Below, one piece after another: positions 46,048 through 60,346 of a stretch of DNA of 64,000 nt. Below the pieces are notes generated by a model that ran no database searches, was not told the origin of the DNA, and saw only the letters and a program-made list of their open reading frames with translations. Position 1 is the stretch's first letter, and every line of letters starts with the position of its first letter. This stretch comes from Hormiphora californensis (Eukaryota > Animalia > Ctenophora): the NCBI GenBank assembly GCA_020137815.1, contig CM035354.1, positions 310,001-374,000 of the forward strand, given 5' to 3'. The translations under genes were made by a program, and so were the position numbers.

Positions 46048-47737
46048 CGGTCGCGTTGGATGACAAAATCATTTTATCATCTAACGCGACCGTCAAAATC
46101 AAAATTTTAATTTTGGTGTGTGCTAACTGCTAACCCTAAACTTTAGAACCTTAATTCGACGCCAGACACTATTATAATGATGAAAAGTCGCTCATATAAA
46201 CAGTTGTATTGAGTAGCCTGACAGTGTGTCTGCAGTATCACTCTTGGATATCTGCGTTTGGGGTTTGAGCGTCGGGATATAACGAGTGTATCGCAAGATC
46301 ATTTTCCACGTTTGTCACGAGTCTCGGTATACCTAGCTTTACACAGTGGACTTTGTATAGAGTGGAAAAATCCGAGAGGCTTATTATAAAGTTTTACAGC
46401 CATTGGTATCATGTCATATAATGATCGATTTGCGTCTGATTTCGATAATAATGATCGATTGCTGAACGATCAAGCGATCGATTTCATTGCGAACATCAAA
46501 TGCAATAAATGCATCACGTGTTACGTCAAACCTCAAAAGGTAAAATGCAATAAATGAATCAAAACCTTTAAAGGTAAAACTAAATGGCGTTTGACTCAGA
46601 CTGCTGCAATAAAGGCAGTTCCAGCTAGTCACGAAGTAGACACTAGACATGACATTACAAGAACTTTCTGGAAGGAAGTCAAACGGAAGTTAAATGCTCA
46701 CATGCGTGTGCCGTGTGTGTTCTCTCTATAAAACGTTTTGAGTTTTGTTGCAAATGCTACATGATATAGATATTATAAAAATAACAGTGTGCCCAAACGG
46801 CATGTGCTGCAGCCAATTTGTGAGTCACAATTTGTGATTCACAGATTTAATTGCACGATAGAATTTAATCTGACCACACATGCTATAATGTTGGCATATA
46901 TACTCAGTGTATAGATAAATGACAAGGTCTATAATCTATATATAAAATATACAGTGCTCGCCCTATCAAATGACCTGCAGGCCACACAAAAATAGGCCTG
47001 GTTAATGGTGGACTATACATGAATATACATATTGTTTAGCTTTCATATAAACCTATTAGGGCAGCAGATGTGTGTCATATTGATAGTGGTGAGTAGTTGA
47101 TGTGTAGGAAAATAACTGGGCACCAAATACCAATATGTATATTTTATTGACTGGGTAAGTGAGGAACTGCACTACTTAACTTGTGAAAGTGGAGAGCCAA
47201 CTTGTGTGGTGAATGTAATGATACCGAAAACCTGTAAAATATTGACACTACACAATATAATGTGACACTAGCAATATAATGTGACAGCATATATTATATG
47301 CCGTATTATGTGCTATACATAATGTATATTAGTGAGTGGTCAACACAAACGATTATTATATGCCCTGTATAATAGAAGCCGGTTATAGAAGTACGCGTCT
47401 ATATAATTATTGTGTAAGCTTTGAACGTGAGCTGCAACGCTAAATAAATTTACGACTTATCTCGATATGATGGAACAGTAACAAATTGACCTCATCGGGT
47501 TGTTTCATTTGTGTCTTAATGCTTGTAGGTTAAAAATACCAAGAAAGATTTTAAATCGTTACTGAATTACGTGAAACTAAATAAATTGTATAACGAAAAT
47601 ATAAATTGACCAGGAAACAAATTATCCTGAAAAAGTTTTGTCAAGACCCACAAAGTTTTGAAACGAAAACCTAATAGTACCATATCGCATGACACTGGAA
47701 ACGATTTTAACTATAAGAGTCGCTGTGCATGTTAATA

Positions 47738-47895
47738 CAGTCGGACCCCGATTTAGTGGCACCCCGATTTAGGGACATGATTTTTTTCCCCCGATATACG
47801 AAAATTAACATTATTTGAACCCGATTTAGTGGACACCCCGATTTAGTGGACAAGAGCCTTTCCCCAGAGGGTGTCCCTAAATCGGGGTCCGACTG
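47738..47895. mobile_element. Tc1/mariner(pogo)-type MITE, TA TSD
   Basis: ta-cagtcggaccccgatttag ... ctaaatcggggtccgactg-ta with internal ccccgatttagtgg repeats. Confidence 0.88.
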
Positions 47896-50800
47896 TATCA
47901 CTATAATATCCTAGTAAAGCTGCAATTCTGATCAGATCTCATTTACATAATAAAAACTGCAAGCTTTTTTAATGCATCAGACTTGTTTTTTGTGTAAGAT
48001 GTTTTGAATTTTGATGGCATAGATTCTGTACGTTAATTTGTAAAGCTTTACTTCAGTGGACTTCCGGGTCACTTTACGAGTTGGGTGTACTTAAGGAACG
48101 CATTTTGCAGCAAATTTTCCAAATAATAAGCTACTGATATCACATCTGATTTTAATAGTAGCCATATAAATCAATTATATGACCTACGGGTCAAGTGTTG
48201 ATGGGGAGATGATTAATTTCAAAAGTATCTGAATTAAATAGAGATCCCTAAAAAAGTTCATTATTTACACAGTCGTTACTCCCAAAGCGGTGCGTGCTGC
48301 GTTTTTGGCTTTTTAAAAGGAATTGTTGGATTGTGTGCTGCACACCTGAGTAAATTAAGCGCCGTGCCAAAGAAATTGCCAAAATGCTGCGAAAAGTTGC
48401 AAAAACGGTGCCACGCCGCCCTGGGTGTAACGACTATGTAAACGCTGTGTAAACGCTATAATGTAAACGCTGTGTAAATACTGAAAATTTTTAGGGATCT
48501 CCACTAGGTCAAACTTTTTACGATTTTGTGTTGTGTGCGGAACATTTGATTCCCAAAGCATTTCTAGAAATCTCCATAAAGTCGGATTTTTTGAAGTAGT
48601 TATCAAAAACTTGTTCGCATGTGATCATGATATTTATCATTTTTTGACACTCACGCTATAGGTAAATATATTTAATAGGCACACATCTGACTTTAACTAT
48701 TATTTTTGATAAAAGTTTCCTTCTCAAAATTCGAAGTCTCGCTACAATTTCTTGGAAAATTGAGTTGCGACATTATATTTCCTACCTATACCCAACCTAA
48801 AATTAGTCTCAAGCGCACATCGAAGCTGATGCTCAGTTTTGCGACCGCATTTCATCGCACATATTCGATAAACCAACGACTACCAATATGAAGTTTGCAA
48901 CACGTTTATATACATTGACGTTATTTAGGTAAGACATGTTGCCATAGTAGCAATAGAGACATAACTCGGTGATAGATCATCGCTTCGTGATGATCCAATA
49001 CCAAATTACGATTTAATCACATGTCTATGCTATATCCAATTATCTATTAAAGCTCGGACCGATTTTACGTACGTTGTAATATCCATATAACATATGTCTG
49101 TTGCAACATATAAAATTTATCACGATCGACCCCCTCGTGGTGCCCTGATAAGATATCGAGTTTCCAAGTTTAATGTTTGCATGCGAAAAAAATCCATGCA
49201 CAAGTTTGGCATGGAATCGCGGCGGTCGTTAGAAAAAATAATAGCCGGGGGATAGCCGGAGGGCTGCGTGGCTATTGCCATACCCCGACGGCCTCGCGTT
49301 CGTTCTAGGTGTACTGCAGCAGCTCTCTCCCACAGAGAGTACTGAGCTCACCGTCACGTGGTAATCACGTGGCGAGGACACGTGACAACTCTACAGCTCA
49401 ATAATCCACCCTTGTGACACTCACGTGAGTTGCAGCGACCTGCTCATTATTCCATATATAGCGAGCCTGCTCTCTCTCCTTTCTTTCTCTCTAACTCTTC
49501 TATCTCTCTCTCTCCCTCTCTCTTTAATCTCTCTCCCTCTCTCTCTATCCTCTCTCTCTCTGCTCTCTTCGCACGGACGTTCCAGCTGGGAGAGAGAAAA
49601 ATGAGAAAGAAAGGGGGGAGCTCTCTCATCTGTGCCTCGACCGTGGTCCACGGACTCATGAGAACTTGGCGATGGCAATTTGGCAGCCGGCCAACAGCAA
49701 CGGGGGGCTCAGTACAGGGTATATCCATCAGTGTGGGTTTTATATTGACAGCTCTACACACATGATGTACCTGCCAAAACCCCCAACATTCCCAAAAACG
49801 TGGTCGCGGCACTGGGAGACAATAAATTCACACCCATATTATTATATGAAAGCTGGAGCTCTGTGTAGCTGCCAAACCCCCCTGATCTCGACAGAGAATT
49901 GTTTATCATGGGCGAATTTACTAATAACACGCATTTATCATGATGCAGAATGACATGGGAGGATTCCTTACTCTCTCCCTCCCTCTCTTGTGATAATACT
50001 ACCTATAATGATAATATATGTCTCCAAGAATCATAGTAGACACCGAGGGAGTTTTGATGAGAAACATATATTAATATATGATGATAACAATAATATAAGA
50101 GACGCAACCAATGCAACTACAATAATAGCTATTTCGGTTGCCATAGACGATTGCTAGAATATGCTGTCATAGCAAAAGCTTTAACAATTGCAACATTGAA
50201 AATGAGACAATATATATTGCCCTAAGATACAACTTGTATTCCAATAATTTATGAGACGTATTCTACATACCTACCAAGTGGCAAGTACTGATACAGACAC
50301 CCTAACAAAAACAGCAGAAAAGACACTTACATCATGTCTGGAATAATGAATAACTTATACTTTCAACAGTATATTTAATTCATTACTAACAACGTATGTT
50401 GATAAAACTACTAAACAAATTCAGTGTACTGAGTGCTTGTCTATAATAACCGACAGACGCAATCAGAGAACTGCAAATGTTGTCGTGAATTATACTTGAG
50501 TTGCAGCTCAATTGCAACTTATACTCGCAATAGTATTCGCAATAGTATTCGCAATTAGTGCAGGGTCAGTATATTAGTGGCTCGCAATGGCCCATTCTGT
50601 TATTGTAGCTCGTGATAAAGGGTTCAATGCCATGTAGCACTAAAGAGCACAATTCTGACTGCTGGACCGATTAGCGTGTACTGCTACTACACACTGCTCA
50701 GTTCAAAGCGCCATACACAAGAGCTTAATAGTTGAGAATTTGATATTTTGAGCCTACCTAAACTTGGTATATGAGCTGAAACGTGAAGGATCATTTTACC

Positions 50801-51452
50801 AACTGTTGGACGAAAAGGAGAAGGACTGCCACTGCTGGAAATAGAATGTACCTAACTGCTGGAAATAAAACACGTGTGCACTGATAGTTCGTGGTGGTAA
50901 CTGCACTTAGCTCAGTAAACCATCATCAGCTATTTTAGTTGGCCCAATTCCTTCAAAGAAATCCAACTGTTATTTGCAGTAAATAACTATCACATACTTC
51001 ATGACCATTAATTTCAACAATAAAATGTTGTACCTACAACTAAACAAATGCAGGGCGTTGTGATCAACAATATCAATTGGAAAAGTCTTCTTACAAAACG
51101 AACACAATCAACGTTCTGTCCAGTCAACGATTTGACGTCCTAGATCCTTAGGAATGTACGGATTTTGGGCACGTCGTACAATCCTCTGTACGTAGTAGTC
51201 ACACCACCCCCGTAGGTCTCCGACGTCGTTGGCAGCTTCGCTACTATAAGTACAGATTATGTCCAAATGTGCGATAATATCCGTCCGGTGCAGTCCGGAT
51301 TCCTTGATTTATCGAACGTTCTGTTTGCGGTTTGGTTTGGTTCAATTTTGAAAACTTTTCCAAATTCCGATTGGCCAAAAATGTTGGAAGAATCAACAAG
51401 AAAGAAATCAATTAGGTAATTGTTTTTTTATATTTATAATCGGTGGGGTTTA

Positions 51453-53168
51453 GGGCCTTTCTTAACGAGACAAAAACTACAATTGCACCCTGCAATTGCA
51501 CCCTGCAATTGGAGGGTGCAATCCACTTTCTGTCTCGTTAAGAAAGATGTTTGCACCCTGTAGGGGTGTAACAGGAGGACCTATTACACCCTGCAATTGC
51601 ACCCTACAATTGCACCCTACAACTCTCGTTAAGAAAGAAAGTTGTAGGGTGCAATTGCACCCTTCACACGTGACCCAGTCACGTGCGCAATGAACGTGGG
51701 AAGTTGAGGGGTAGTGAAACATGAAACTCGGTTTACGGGGCATTGTTTATCATCACCTATTGGCATTGATACACACAGCCCCTTGCTTTCTCACTGAAAC
51801 CAGGAGTCCTGAGGTACTTCAGACGTGTCTCAAAGATGTCTGAAGACCACCCCACAGATCCCGATGCTGATGGTAGTACCCCACTCCTCGTCTACACCTT
51901 CCGTGAACAGGCACAGCTTGGACTGGTTTGGTACACAAGTATCACCGACTTTGTGTCCACACACTCTCACGAAACCTTCCTGAACAGCTGGGAGGCAGCC
52001 CGAACTGTCAACAGGAAGCTGTCTTTCTACAACAACGTGAAAATCACCTTCGAATCTGAACCATTCCTTTCTCTGGAGAGAAACCTGGCGAAAAGGTTGG
52101 CACAGATCAGGTCAGCCTCCCACCCCCTCAACATCGAGCGAGGTCGCTTCGAAAAGTTTCGTAGGGGTGGATTCTCCATGGAGAGGGAAAGGCTGTGTCC
52201 CTCATGTAACACAAAAAATCTGGAAGTTCTTGAATCCATGAAGGAGCTGCCACACTTCAACCCCATTATCGAAGACGAGACTCACTTCCTTCTAGATTGC
52301 CCCCTGTATGGAGATCTGAGATCCCGCCTGCTCCAAGAATCCTTCCCAAAACTAACGGTAGTTCGTCTCAGAGGCCTTTTCAAACCTTCCCAAAGCAACA
52401 CCACCGGAACTGCAGACCCGTTCCACCGAACTGCCATCTTCGTTGACAAAGCACTGTCGAAACGCCTTGAGTTTATAAAAGTCCAGGGTCGCTAGCGCCT
52501 AAGAAAAACCCCACGGACTCTTCTAGATTTAAGTTTTTTAAATTCTATTTTTTTAAACTATTTATTGTGTTTTTACCAAGCATTCCTATAGTGTGTGTGT
52601 TCGAGAGTTTGTACCCCCTTACCCCGGTTACTTACTTGTCATTTTTAATTTTTCAACTTATTAATCGTTCAAGCCTTTTATCTCTTTCCCCCTTTCCTCC
52701 CCAGTGTGTCTCCGAGTTGCCTCTGTTGGTTTGTTGCCGCTTTTAATTTATGCCTTCATTTATTTATTTTTATCTCCTCTCTCTCCTTTTTTCCTATTTA
52801 TTTTTTACAACCCCTTTGTATCGTGTGTCCTAGAATAGAATTTTACTAAGTATCTTTTAGACATTCCCCTTAGTTTCATCTGACAATACAAGTGGTATTC
52901 CTGATGTATATATGTTTAAATTCCTTGTTTAAATTCCTTGTTTAAATTCCCACACAGCATTACCACATCATCATGGCACGTGACTGGGTCACGTGTGAAG
53001 CATGCAATTGCACCCTGTAAACTTCTTTCTTAACGAAGGTTTGCAGGGTGCAATTGCAGGGTGCAATTGCAGGGTGCAAACTCTCGTTAAGAAAGAAGTT
53101 TGTAGGGTGCAATTGCAGGGTGCAATTGCAGGGTGCAATTGCAGGGTGCAGCTCGTTAAGAAAGGCCC
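51453..53168. mobile_element. PIF/Harbinger-like MITE (GGGCC termini, TWA flanks, ttgcaccctgcaa subterminal repeats) carrying a nested LINE fragment
   Basis: gggcctttcttaacgag / ctcgttaagaaaggccc; tta on the left, taa on the right. Confidence 0.8.
51780..52950 (+). mobile_element. 5'-truncated LINE (ORF2 C-terminus with Zn-finger, 3' UTR, 13-bp repeat tail), 8-bp TSD cacacagc
   Basis: Frame open 51782-52495 with HPLNIERGRF...ERLCPSC...IEDETHFLLDCPLY.DLR; tail (tgtttaaattcct)x3; cacacagc at 51772-51779 and 52951-52958. Confidence 0.85.
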
Positions 53169-53202
53169 TAACATGGAAGAATAAGTTGACAGGATCACAT
53201 TA

Positions 53203-53341
53203 CAGTCGGACCCCGATTTAGTGGCAGGATTTTTTTCCCCCAATATAGGAAACTAACATTATTTGACCCCGATTTAGTGGCACCCCGATTTAGTGGCAGT
53301 ATTTTTTCCCCCGAGGATGCCACTAAATCGGGGTCCGACTG
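53203..53341. mobile_element. Second copy of the cagtcggacccc MITE
   Basis: Same TIRs as 47738-47895. Confidence 0.85.
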
Positions 53342-54708
53342 CATACTATGAAACCCCAAGCTTGGACTATTCTGTTTAAAAACTCTCAGTCAATATCATA
53401 AGTTTGAAGGATTCAAAAGCTTAAATTTTTGTCTTTTTTTCCTGTCGAAGCTGAACGATTGTAATGATCCAAAATAAATACCATGAACAAATTGGATATG
53501 AAATTTAATGACACAAATCAATCTACTGAATACGCGGTTGCACTTCCTATAATATTTGCACTGAATGTGTGACACGTTGAGCAAGGTGATACGGAATATA
53601 TCATTCTACATGTGCAGCAGCGTGTGTATGGTGTCAGGTGTGTAAATATATTCCACTGTTATAATACAGTGGGCCGCTTGTAGTGGAGATACTGTATTGG
53701 AAATACGGTGAGAAGGCGCCTGTATGGCAGCGCCATACCCCATTTGATTCTCAAACAGTGCGCTCAGATGGGTCGCAGCGCCAGACAGGAAGGCGCAGAC
53801 TTTGTGTAACTTGTACTGCAGCAGTAAAGTGCAATTGTTCAATATTTTGCAATCACTCATGCTACTACAGTATTGCAACATAACTGAAAATACAAAGCTT
53901 ATTATAGCTTAGCAGAAAGAATGATTTTACAGTACACGATCAAAGAATGATTTGATAGTTGTACAAGACATGATGAGAAATTTATAGTCGACTATTAAGA
54001 AATTCACTAAATGCTTCATCTTCGCGATTACCCTGCAATTTCATCATCTCAAGTGTATAATGATCATCGACGTGGCAGCTACAATATTGCACTTGCAGTT
54101 CCGAGTTAGTACCCTAGTAAAGGTCGCGCGGGCAATTATGGTGAAAATTGGCCAATCTACAAACATTAATGCGCGAATCCTCAACAATATTGGCCAATCT
54201 TTGCTGGATGCGCAAATATATTGGCCAATCTTCGCTGTTATTCAGAACGCGCAATTGTAAAGCCGCGCTAAAACTGTTAAAGCCGCGCAAAATTATTTAA
54301 AATGCAAGCCTGAAAGTCGCGTTGGATGCACGGCAACGGTTACCACAATGCAAGGAACCTTCTGTGAAACATCTCACCTTCCCTTTCTAACCCTATCGCC
54401 AATTGCTACCCCCTTTCCCGTGCTGTAAACCTTTTGTAAAACATCTTACCTTCCCTTTCTAGCCCTCTCGCCAATTTCTACCCCCTTTCCCGTGCTGTAA
54501 ACCTTTTGTAAAACATCTTACCTTTCCTTTCTAGCCCTATTCTACATCCTTCCTGCAGCTTTCTCTCACCTGTTAATCGTGGTTTCACTCCCCCTTCATG
54601 GACACTTAACTTTATTCTCAATCTGGGCTCTGCTGGATTTCCTTCTACGACCCTCCTGCGGCTTTCTCTCAACTGTGGTGTTTTCACCTATCTTCCCTGT
54701 GATCTTCT

Positions 54709-55503
54709 GGTTTGGTTTGGTTTGGTTTGGTAGTACTACGGTATAGCCACTGAGCAGCAAGCTACTGTCGGCACCGTTATAATAATAATAGGTAATAATA
54801 TGGAAAGACACGGAGGAAGACTCAGATGTTCAGTACCATCGTTTTGCCTAGCCTCCGGATATAGTAAGGGATTTTGAAAAGTGTAAGATTTCATTGTGAG
54901 ATTGAGAAGAGGGTCAGAACTATGGAAGGGATTTTGGCTGGCTCTAGATCCCTATATCCTGGGGAGTAGAACGGGATACCGGCCAGTGGTCACGACCGAC
55001 TGCAGACGACCGTCTGAGCCGACCGACACGGATACGTGTGTAGGAGCACGTGAAGCAATTAAAGAAAGTATATAGTACTTAATAAACCTAGACATGTAAA
55101 CATGTAACTTAACAATCATGCTGAATAAAAGGTTAATAAGAGCCTTCCCCGAAGGGAAAAGATTGCAGTCATAATGTCTGTACCCGGGTCTGTCCCCAAC
55201 CCTCTCGATCTCTTAATTCTCAACCTCCCCGCTCGATCTCAACTCCCTGCTCAATCTCCAGCTTGGGTATGTATTATATATAAAATGTGGTAGATATATA
55301 TAAATGGTAATATGTAGGGATATATAGATATGGGTATTGGGTAGGATATATAGGTATAAAATGGAATGAATAGGAGTATAAAGTATCCTGCCAGAGCCTA
55401 GAAGGGGAGAGGCTCCAATTACACGAGATCCAACACGTGATCGGTGATCCATGATCCATCAACCATCGGGCTGCTGCTATGATATCTAGATGTTCGTGAA
55501 GAG

Positions 55504-55566
<63 letters not shown>

Positions 55567-56328
55567 GGAGAGAGGGAGAGAAAGAGAGAGAAAACTCAAA
55601 AGGGACGAACAGGGGATGAATGGAATTAATGCCGCTAATCAGGGGGATGATCACCGTACCATTGCACGAACAGATAAGGCGGTCTAGACAGGGGGCGGGG
55701 GAAGAGAGCGACCCTACATACAGAGAACCCAACCGAGAACCCAACCGAGAAATGAAAACCGGATACAACAAACAACCCGAGAAAACCCTTAAGCTGGGAA
55801 AAATGCCTAAAGAAGGGTAAAAAACGAAGGAAAAGGGGAAGAAATGACCAGTGAAATGTGAATGAAAATGAAAATATGCAGAAGATACAGAACTGGAATG
55901 AGAAGAATAAGGAATGAAATAGAATAAGGAATGAAAACAAAATATATGAAAATGAGAATATAAAATGACTGTGTATAACCCTAAATAAGATCGGAAAGCA
56001 AAAAGGTACAGACAGATACACAAGGGGGAAATACTGACTATAAACGGACTCACTAAAATAGGTAGACGGGAAATAAAAAGACCCTGACGAGTAACGGACA
56101 CACTAACTACTGGACAATTCAAGCAGACTGGTTCTTATCTGATTGTAGTTGCATCGTCCTGTTGATGTGGAGTCCTCCGATAGTTGATAGTTGAAGTAGA
56201 AATAGGTGTGGGACTCAGTTTTATTTATCAAAATGGAGCAGAAAATCCCCATTTCAAAGAATTACTGTGCAAATTACGAGGAGGGGGACAGGAGCAAAAT
56301 TTTCAAATGTGCAAGGACAGAACTCCAC
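54709..56328 (-). mobile_element. 1.6-kb retroposed insertion with (CCAAA)n tail and 14-bp TSD; no recognisable coding sequence
   Basis: ccctgtgatcttct at 54695-54708 and 56329-56342; (ggttt)n at 54709-54730 next to a stem-loop. Confidence 0.75.
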
Positions 56329-56689
56329 CCCTGTGATCTTCTTCTCCCTCCTACCGCTTTCTCTCATCTGGTCATCGTGGATATCTCCCTTCCTTACTGG
56401 ACCTCCCTTCTACTTATCAGTGGATCTCTATCTCAATTCACACATTACGTTCCACGTTATTGTATGTCACGCTGATACCTTCACGTGATGGAAAAGAGAG
56501 AGTGCATGCCCATTGGGTGTCGCATTCTATCACATGTATAACACCTCAGTATCACGTGGATCGGACCAAGCTCCGATGTGCGATAATTAATGTGCGATAA
56601 TTAATAGCCAGTGCCACACCTGAGAGGGGGATAACGAGAGGGGCATAATGAAATGGGGAACCGGGAATTCATCGATTTTTATCTCTTCT

Positions 56690-57330
56690 TTCCCTCGCTT
56701 TATAACTTGCATATGTGCACTGAGTTTGTGGCCCGCGGTATTCCTTCTCTTTTTCCTCATCTCGGGGCGTGAGCTGCTTGGCCTCTCGTTTTCCTTCTCT
56801 TTTTCCTTTCTCTTGTCCCTGCGCGTTGTCCTTCCGTTTGTGCGCTCCCGGGCCTGCTCGGTTCGCCATTCTCGTTTTTCCTTCTCTTTTCTCTCTTTTC
56901 CTTCTCTCTCCTTCTCTCTCTCGCTCGCGCTCTCTCTCGCGCGCGCGCCCGCGCGCTCGCGCGCTCTCTTCTCTCTCTCGTGGTGTGTGCTCGCTCCTCT
57001 CTCTCTTCTCTCTCTCTCGCTCGTGCGTCTTCTCTCTCCTCTCTCTCTCTCTCGCGCTGCTCTCGCGCTCCGATCGCTCCTCTCTCTCTCGTAGTCTCCG
57101 GCGCTCGCTCCTCATCTACTCCTCTATCTTCTCGCGCGCCTCTCTCTCCTCTCTTTCTCTCCTCTTTTTTTATTCACGGTCCTCTACTCTATGCGCGTCT
57201 TGCTCTCTTCTCTCGCGTCCTCTGTATGCTTCTCTCTCCGCGAGATACTCTCATTTCCTCTCTCTAGTGCTTCGTCTCTCTCTCGCGCTAGATCGCTATC
57301 TCTCTCGCGTCTCTCTCGCTCTCTCTCTCT

Positions 57331-57373
<43 letters not shown>

Positions 57374-57541
57374 CTCTCTATCTGACTCTCTAGCTATATC
57401 TAGCAGCTCTCATCTCTTCTTCTCATATCCAGCGCGCGCGCGCTATCTACGCGCTCTCTCCTCTCTCTCTCTGCTTCTCTCTTCCTCTCTCTCTCTCTCT
57501 CTTTGCTTCTCTCTCTCCGCTATCGTAGAGCGACGATAGCT

Positions 57542-57584
<43 letters not shown>

Positions 57585-57600
57585 TCTCTCTATAGATACT
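56690..57600. repeat. Degenerate (CT)n low-complexity tract
   Basis: As at 16070-17010. Confidence 0.9.
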
Positions 57601-57751
57601 CTCCGAGCCCTCTCTGTCCTTACTTTGATACTTTTTCTATGATTTGTTTGCTAGTAACAACCCCCCTTTTCTTCCGGAGGCCAGAGGGGTCATCTATGTC
57701 CAAAAGTTTTGAGGCTTTTCCTAGCGACAAGCAGCCTGAATAAGTTTTGGC

Positions 57752-59498
57752 CTAAACCTAACAATGCCAGTGGTAGCTTGGGACGATTCTCTATCTATAA
57801 ATCGGGGAACATTTTTCATCATGCCACGTTGTAATGAGGAAGTTCCTATTAGGGGAGCGAAAATGAACCCCCTTCGGTCATTTTTCTAATTAGGTTCTCA
57901 TTTCCTGATGAATTTGCCCTAAACTATTTTTCCAAACTAAAAGTTAATTTCCCTTCTAGAATAATATATATTAGATTAAATGGAGCTGCTAGAACAAACG
58001 GCATCAAAAAATATTCAGTTTTGACTGAGGAAAAACTCAATTTTTTGGTTTTCGGGTCATATCTGACCCCTCTGGTTCGTTTGTTAATTTAAGAATTTCA
58101 AACTCCTGGGAAGTCCTCCGTATGGCTTTTCAGAGCTCAAAAACTGGTTAGTTAGGTGCCCCTAATCATTATACAAGTCCACAGGAACCGTTTCAATGAA
58201 CTGTATTGACCGATTTCCTACGATTAGTCTGGTTTCTAGGGTCATATATGACCCGCTGAGTTCGTTCAACGGACACTACCTATCATGTAAAAAATTCAGT
58301 CCTTTAAAAAAAAAAATAAACGCCGTTATGCTCAAACAATAGCTAAACCCACCCGCAATTAATTCATCACATTATGGGGGTAGAGCTCAATTAAGTCCCT
58401 ATCCTCGACCACTTATTATCGTATAATTAATTGGGTAATTATGTCATTATCTTCATGCGCATACCTCCAGATTTGGGACGAAGTTTTGGGGGCAAATGAG
58501 GGCATTAAAACGTGTAGAATCATCGCATTAGTGGGGGTAGAGCACAAAATTAAGTCCCTATTCCTACTTCTAACTGATATAATTGGATAATTAGGTAATT
58601 GAAGGTTGTGCAACTAGACAACTACCATGCTTCACCGAAGCGCACGGTTCAGGCTGGTCCTGATCATACATCACTTCTGCATCAGGTTGTATCCTAACGG
58701 TGAAGTTCAGATTACTTTAAAGTGAAAAGAGGTGAAATAAAACAGGTCAAAGGTCGCTAAAAATAGGTTTGGGTCAAGTATGAGGGTTATTAGGCTGTAG
58801 GGATGATCCTACCTTGCGCTTCGGTGAAGCATGGTAGTTGCACAACCTTCAATTATCCAACTATCCAATTATATCAATTAGAAGTAGGAATAGGGACTTA
58901 ATTTTGTGCTCTACCCCCACTAATGCGATGATTCTACACGTTTTAGTGCCCTCATTTGCCCCAAAACGTTTCCCAAATCTGGAGGTATGCGCATGATGAT
59001 AATGACATAATTACCTAATTATCTCGATAAGGGGTTGAGATAGGGACTTAACTTAATGCTCTACCCCCACTAATGTGATGATTTACTGCGGGTTTGGCAT
59101 CTTATTTGATCATAAACAGCGTCCAAAGCCTGAATAACACATGTGAGGTGATGTGCAATGAACAACCCAGAGTGTCATATGACCTGAAACCTACCCCTAA
59201 TTAGAGAAATCAGTCAATTCAGATCATGTAACGGTTCCTGTCAACTCGTTTCATCTCTAGGGCACTGACTAACCAGATTTTGTGGCTTGGAAGGCATATG
59301 GAGGACCCCTAGGCCGCTTGAAATTCTTAACTTCCCAAACTACCCAGAGGGTCATATATGACCCATGCTGTATCTGAAAAAGTAATGAACCGATTTGAAA
59401 AACTATTTTTCCCCTAATCTTAGAGTGTCATGCTGGGTATATCTGGGAAAAATTAGAAAATTTCGTTCAGCCAATCACTATGGGCCTCAAAGGGTTAA
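57752..59498. mobile_element. Old, diverged palindromic element (right end GGG-TTAA, piggyBac-like) with well-matched inner arms
   Basis: Inner caactaccatgcttcaccgaagcgca (~58620) and tgcgcttcggtgaagcatggtagttg (~58840); the match decays outward. Shares attagtgggggtag and aattggataatt motifs with 21828-23166. Confidence 0.65.
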
Positions 59499-59844
59499 AC
59501 ATAATACAGGCAATTCTATCCGGTATAATATTTCATTTTGGCCCCCTAGTACATATCTTGAGAAGTACTGTCTAATTATACTCTTTCATATATCCTCTCA
59601 TATTTCTGGGATATGCACATAAGGAATTCTCTCTCTCCCTCTTATCTCGTTCCTATATATGATTTTTTCAATTTTAAACAATTTCAATTTCTCAAGTTCA
59701 TCATGTAAGCATGTACAATGTCAAAGACAGCCGTGGCCATTTTGGCAATTTTGGGTCATTTTGGGGTCGTTCTTGGGAACGCATTTCCACAATAGTAAAA
59801 ATTAGTTTCAATTTAGACAGCCTTTGGGTTGGCTAAATTCTCAG

Positions 59845-60179
59845 TAGGGTCTGACGGTCATCAACGCCGAAATAGGGAACAACATGTTTCTGAATGTGCT
59901 TTTCGAAAATACGAATCCAACGCAACCGGAATTAGCTTTCTATCTTGTCGGGAAGTATCGCCCCCAAAAACCGGCAAAAGGGCTGCGCACGAGCCAATTT
60001 GCCTATAATTACAGGTAAGGATATGCTCGCGCGCATGAAATTGAGGTTTTTGGGGGTATCAGGGGGCGATACTTCCCGACAAGATAGAAAGCTAATTCCG
60101 GTTGCGTTGGATTCGTATTGAAAAGCACATTCAGAAACACGTTGTTCCCTATTTCGGCGTTGATGACCGTCAGACCCTA
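59845..60179. mobile_element. hAT-type palindromic MITE, 8-bp TSD attctcag
   Basis: tagggtctgacgg / ccgtcagacccta; attctcag at 59837-59844 and 60180-60187. Confidence 0.9.
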
Positions 60180-60346
60180 ATTCTCAGCCTGTTTAGTCCA
60201 AATTTTAGTGCTAGGTTAGTGGGGCTTATATGGGTTCAGTGTGAAATGGGGCGTGAAATCACGTGACTTGTACCACGTGGAGGGGGTTTTATGTGGAACT
60301 AATCTCTCTCTAAAACCCTACTCAAAGCACAAACAACCAACACTAA

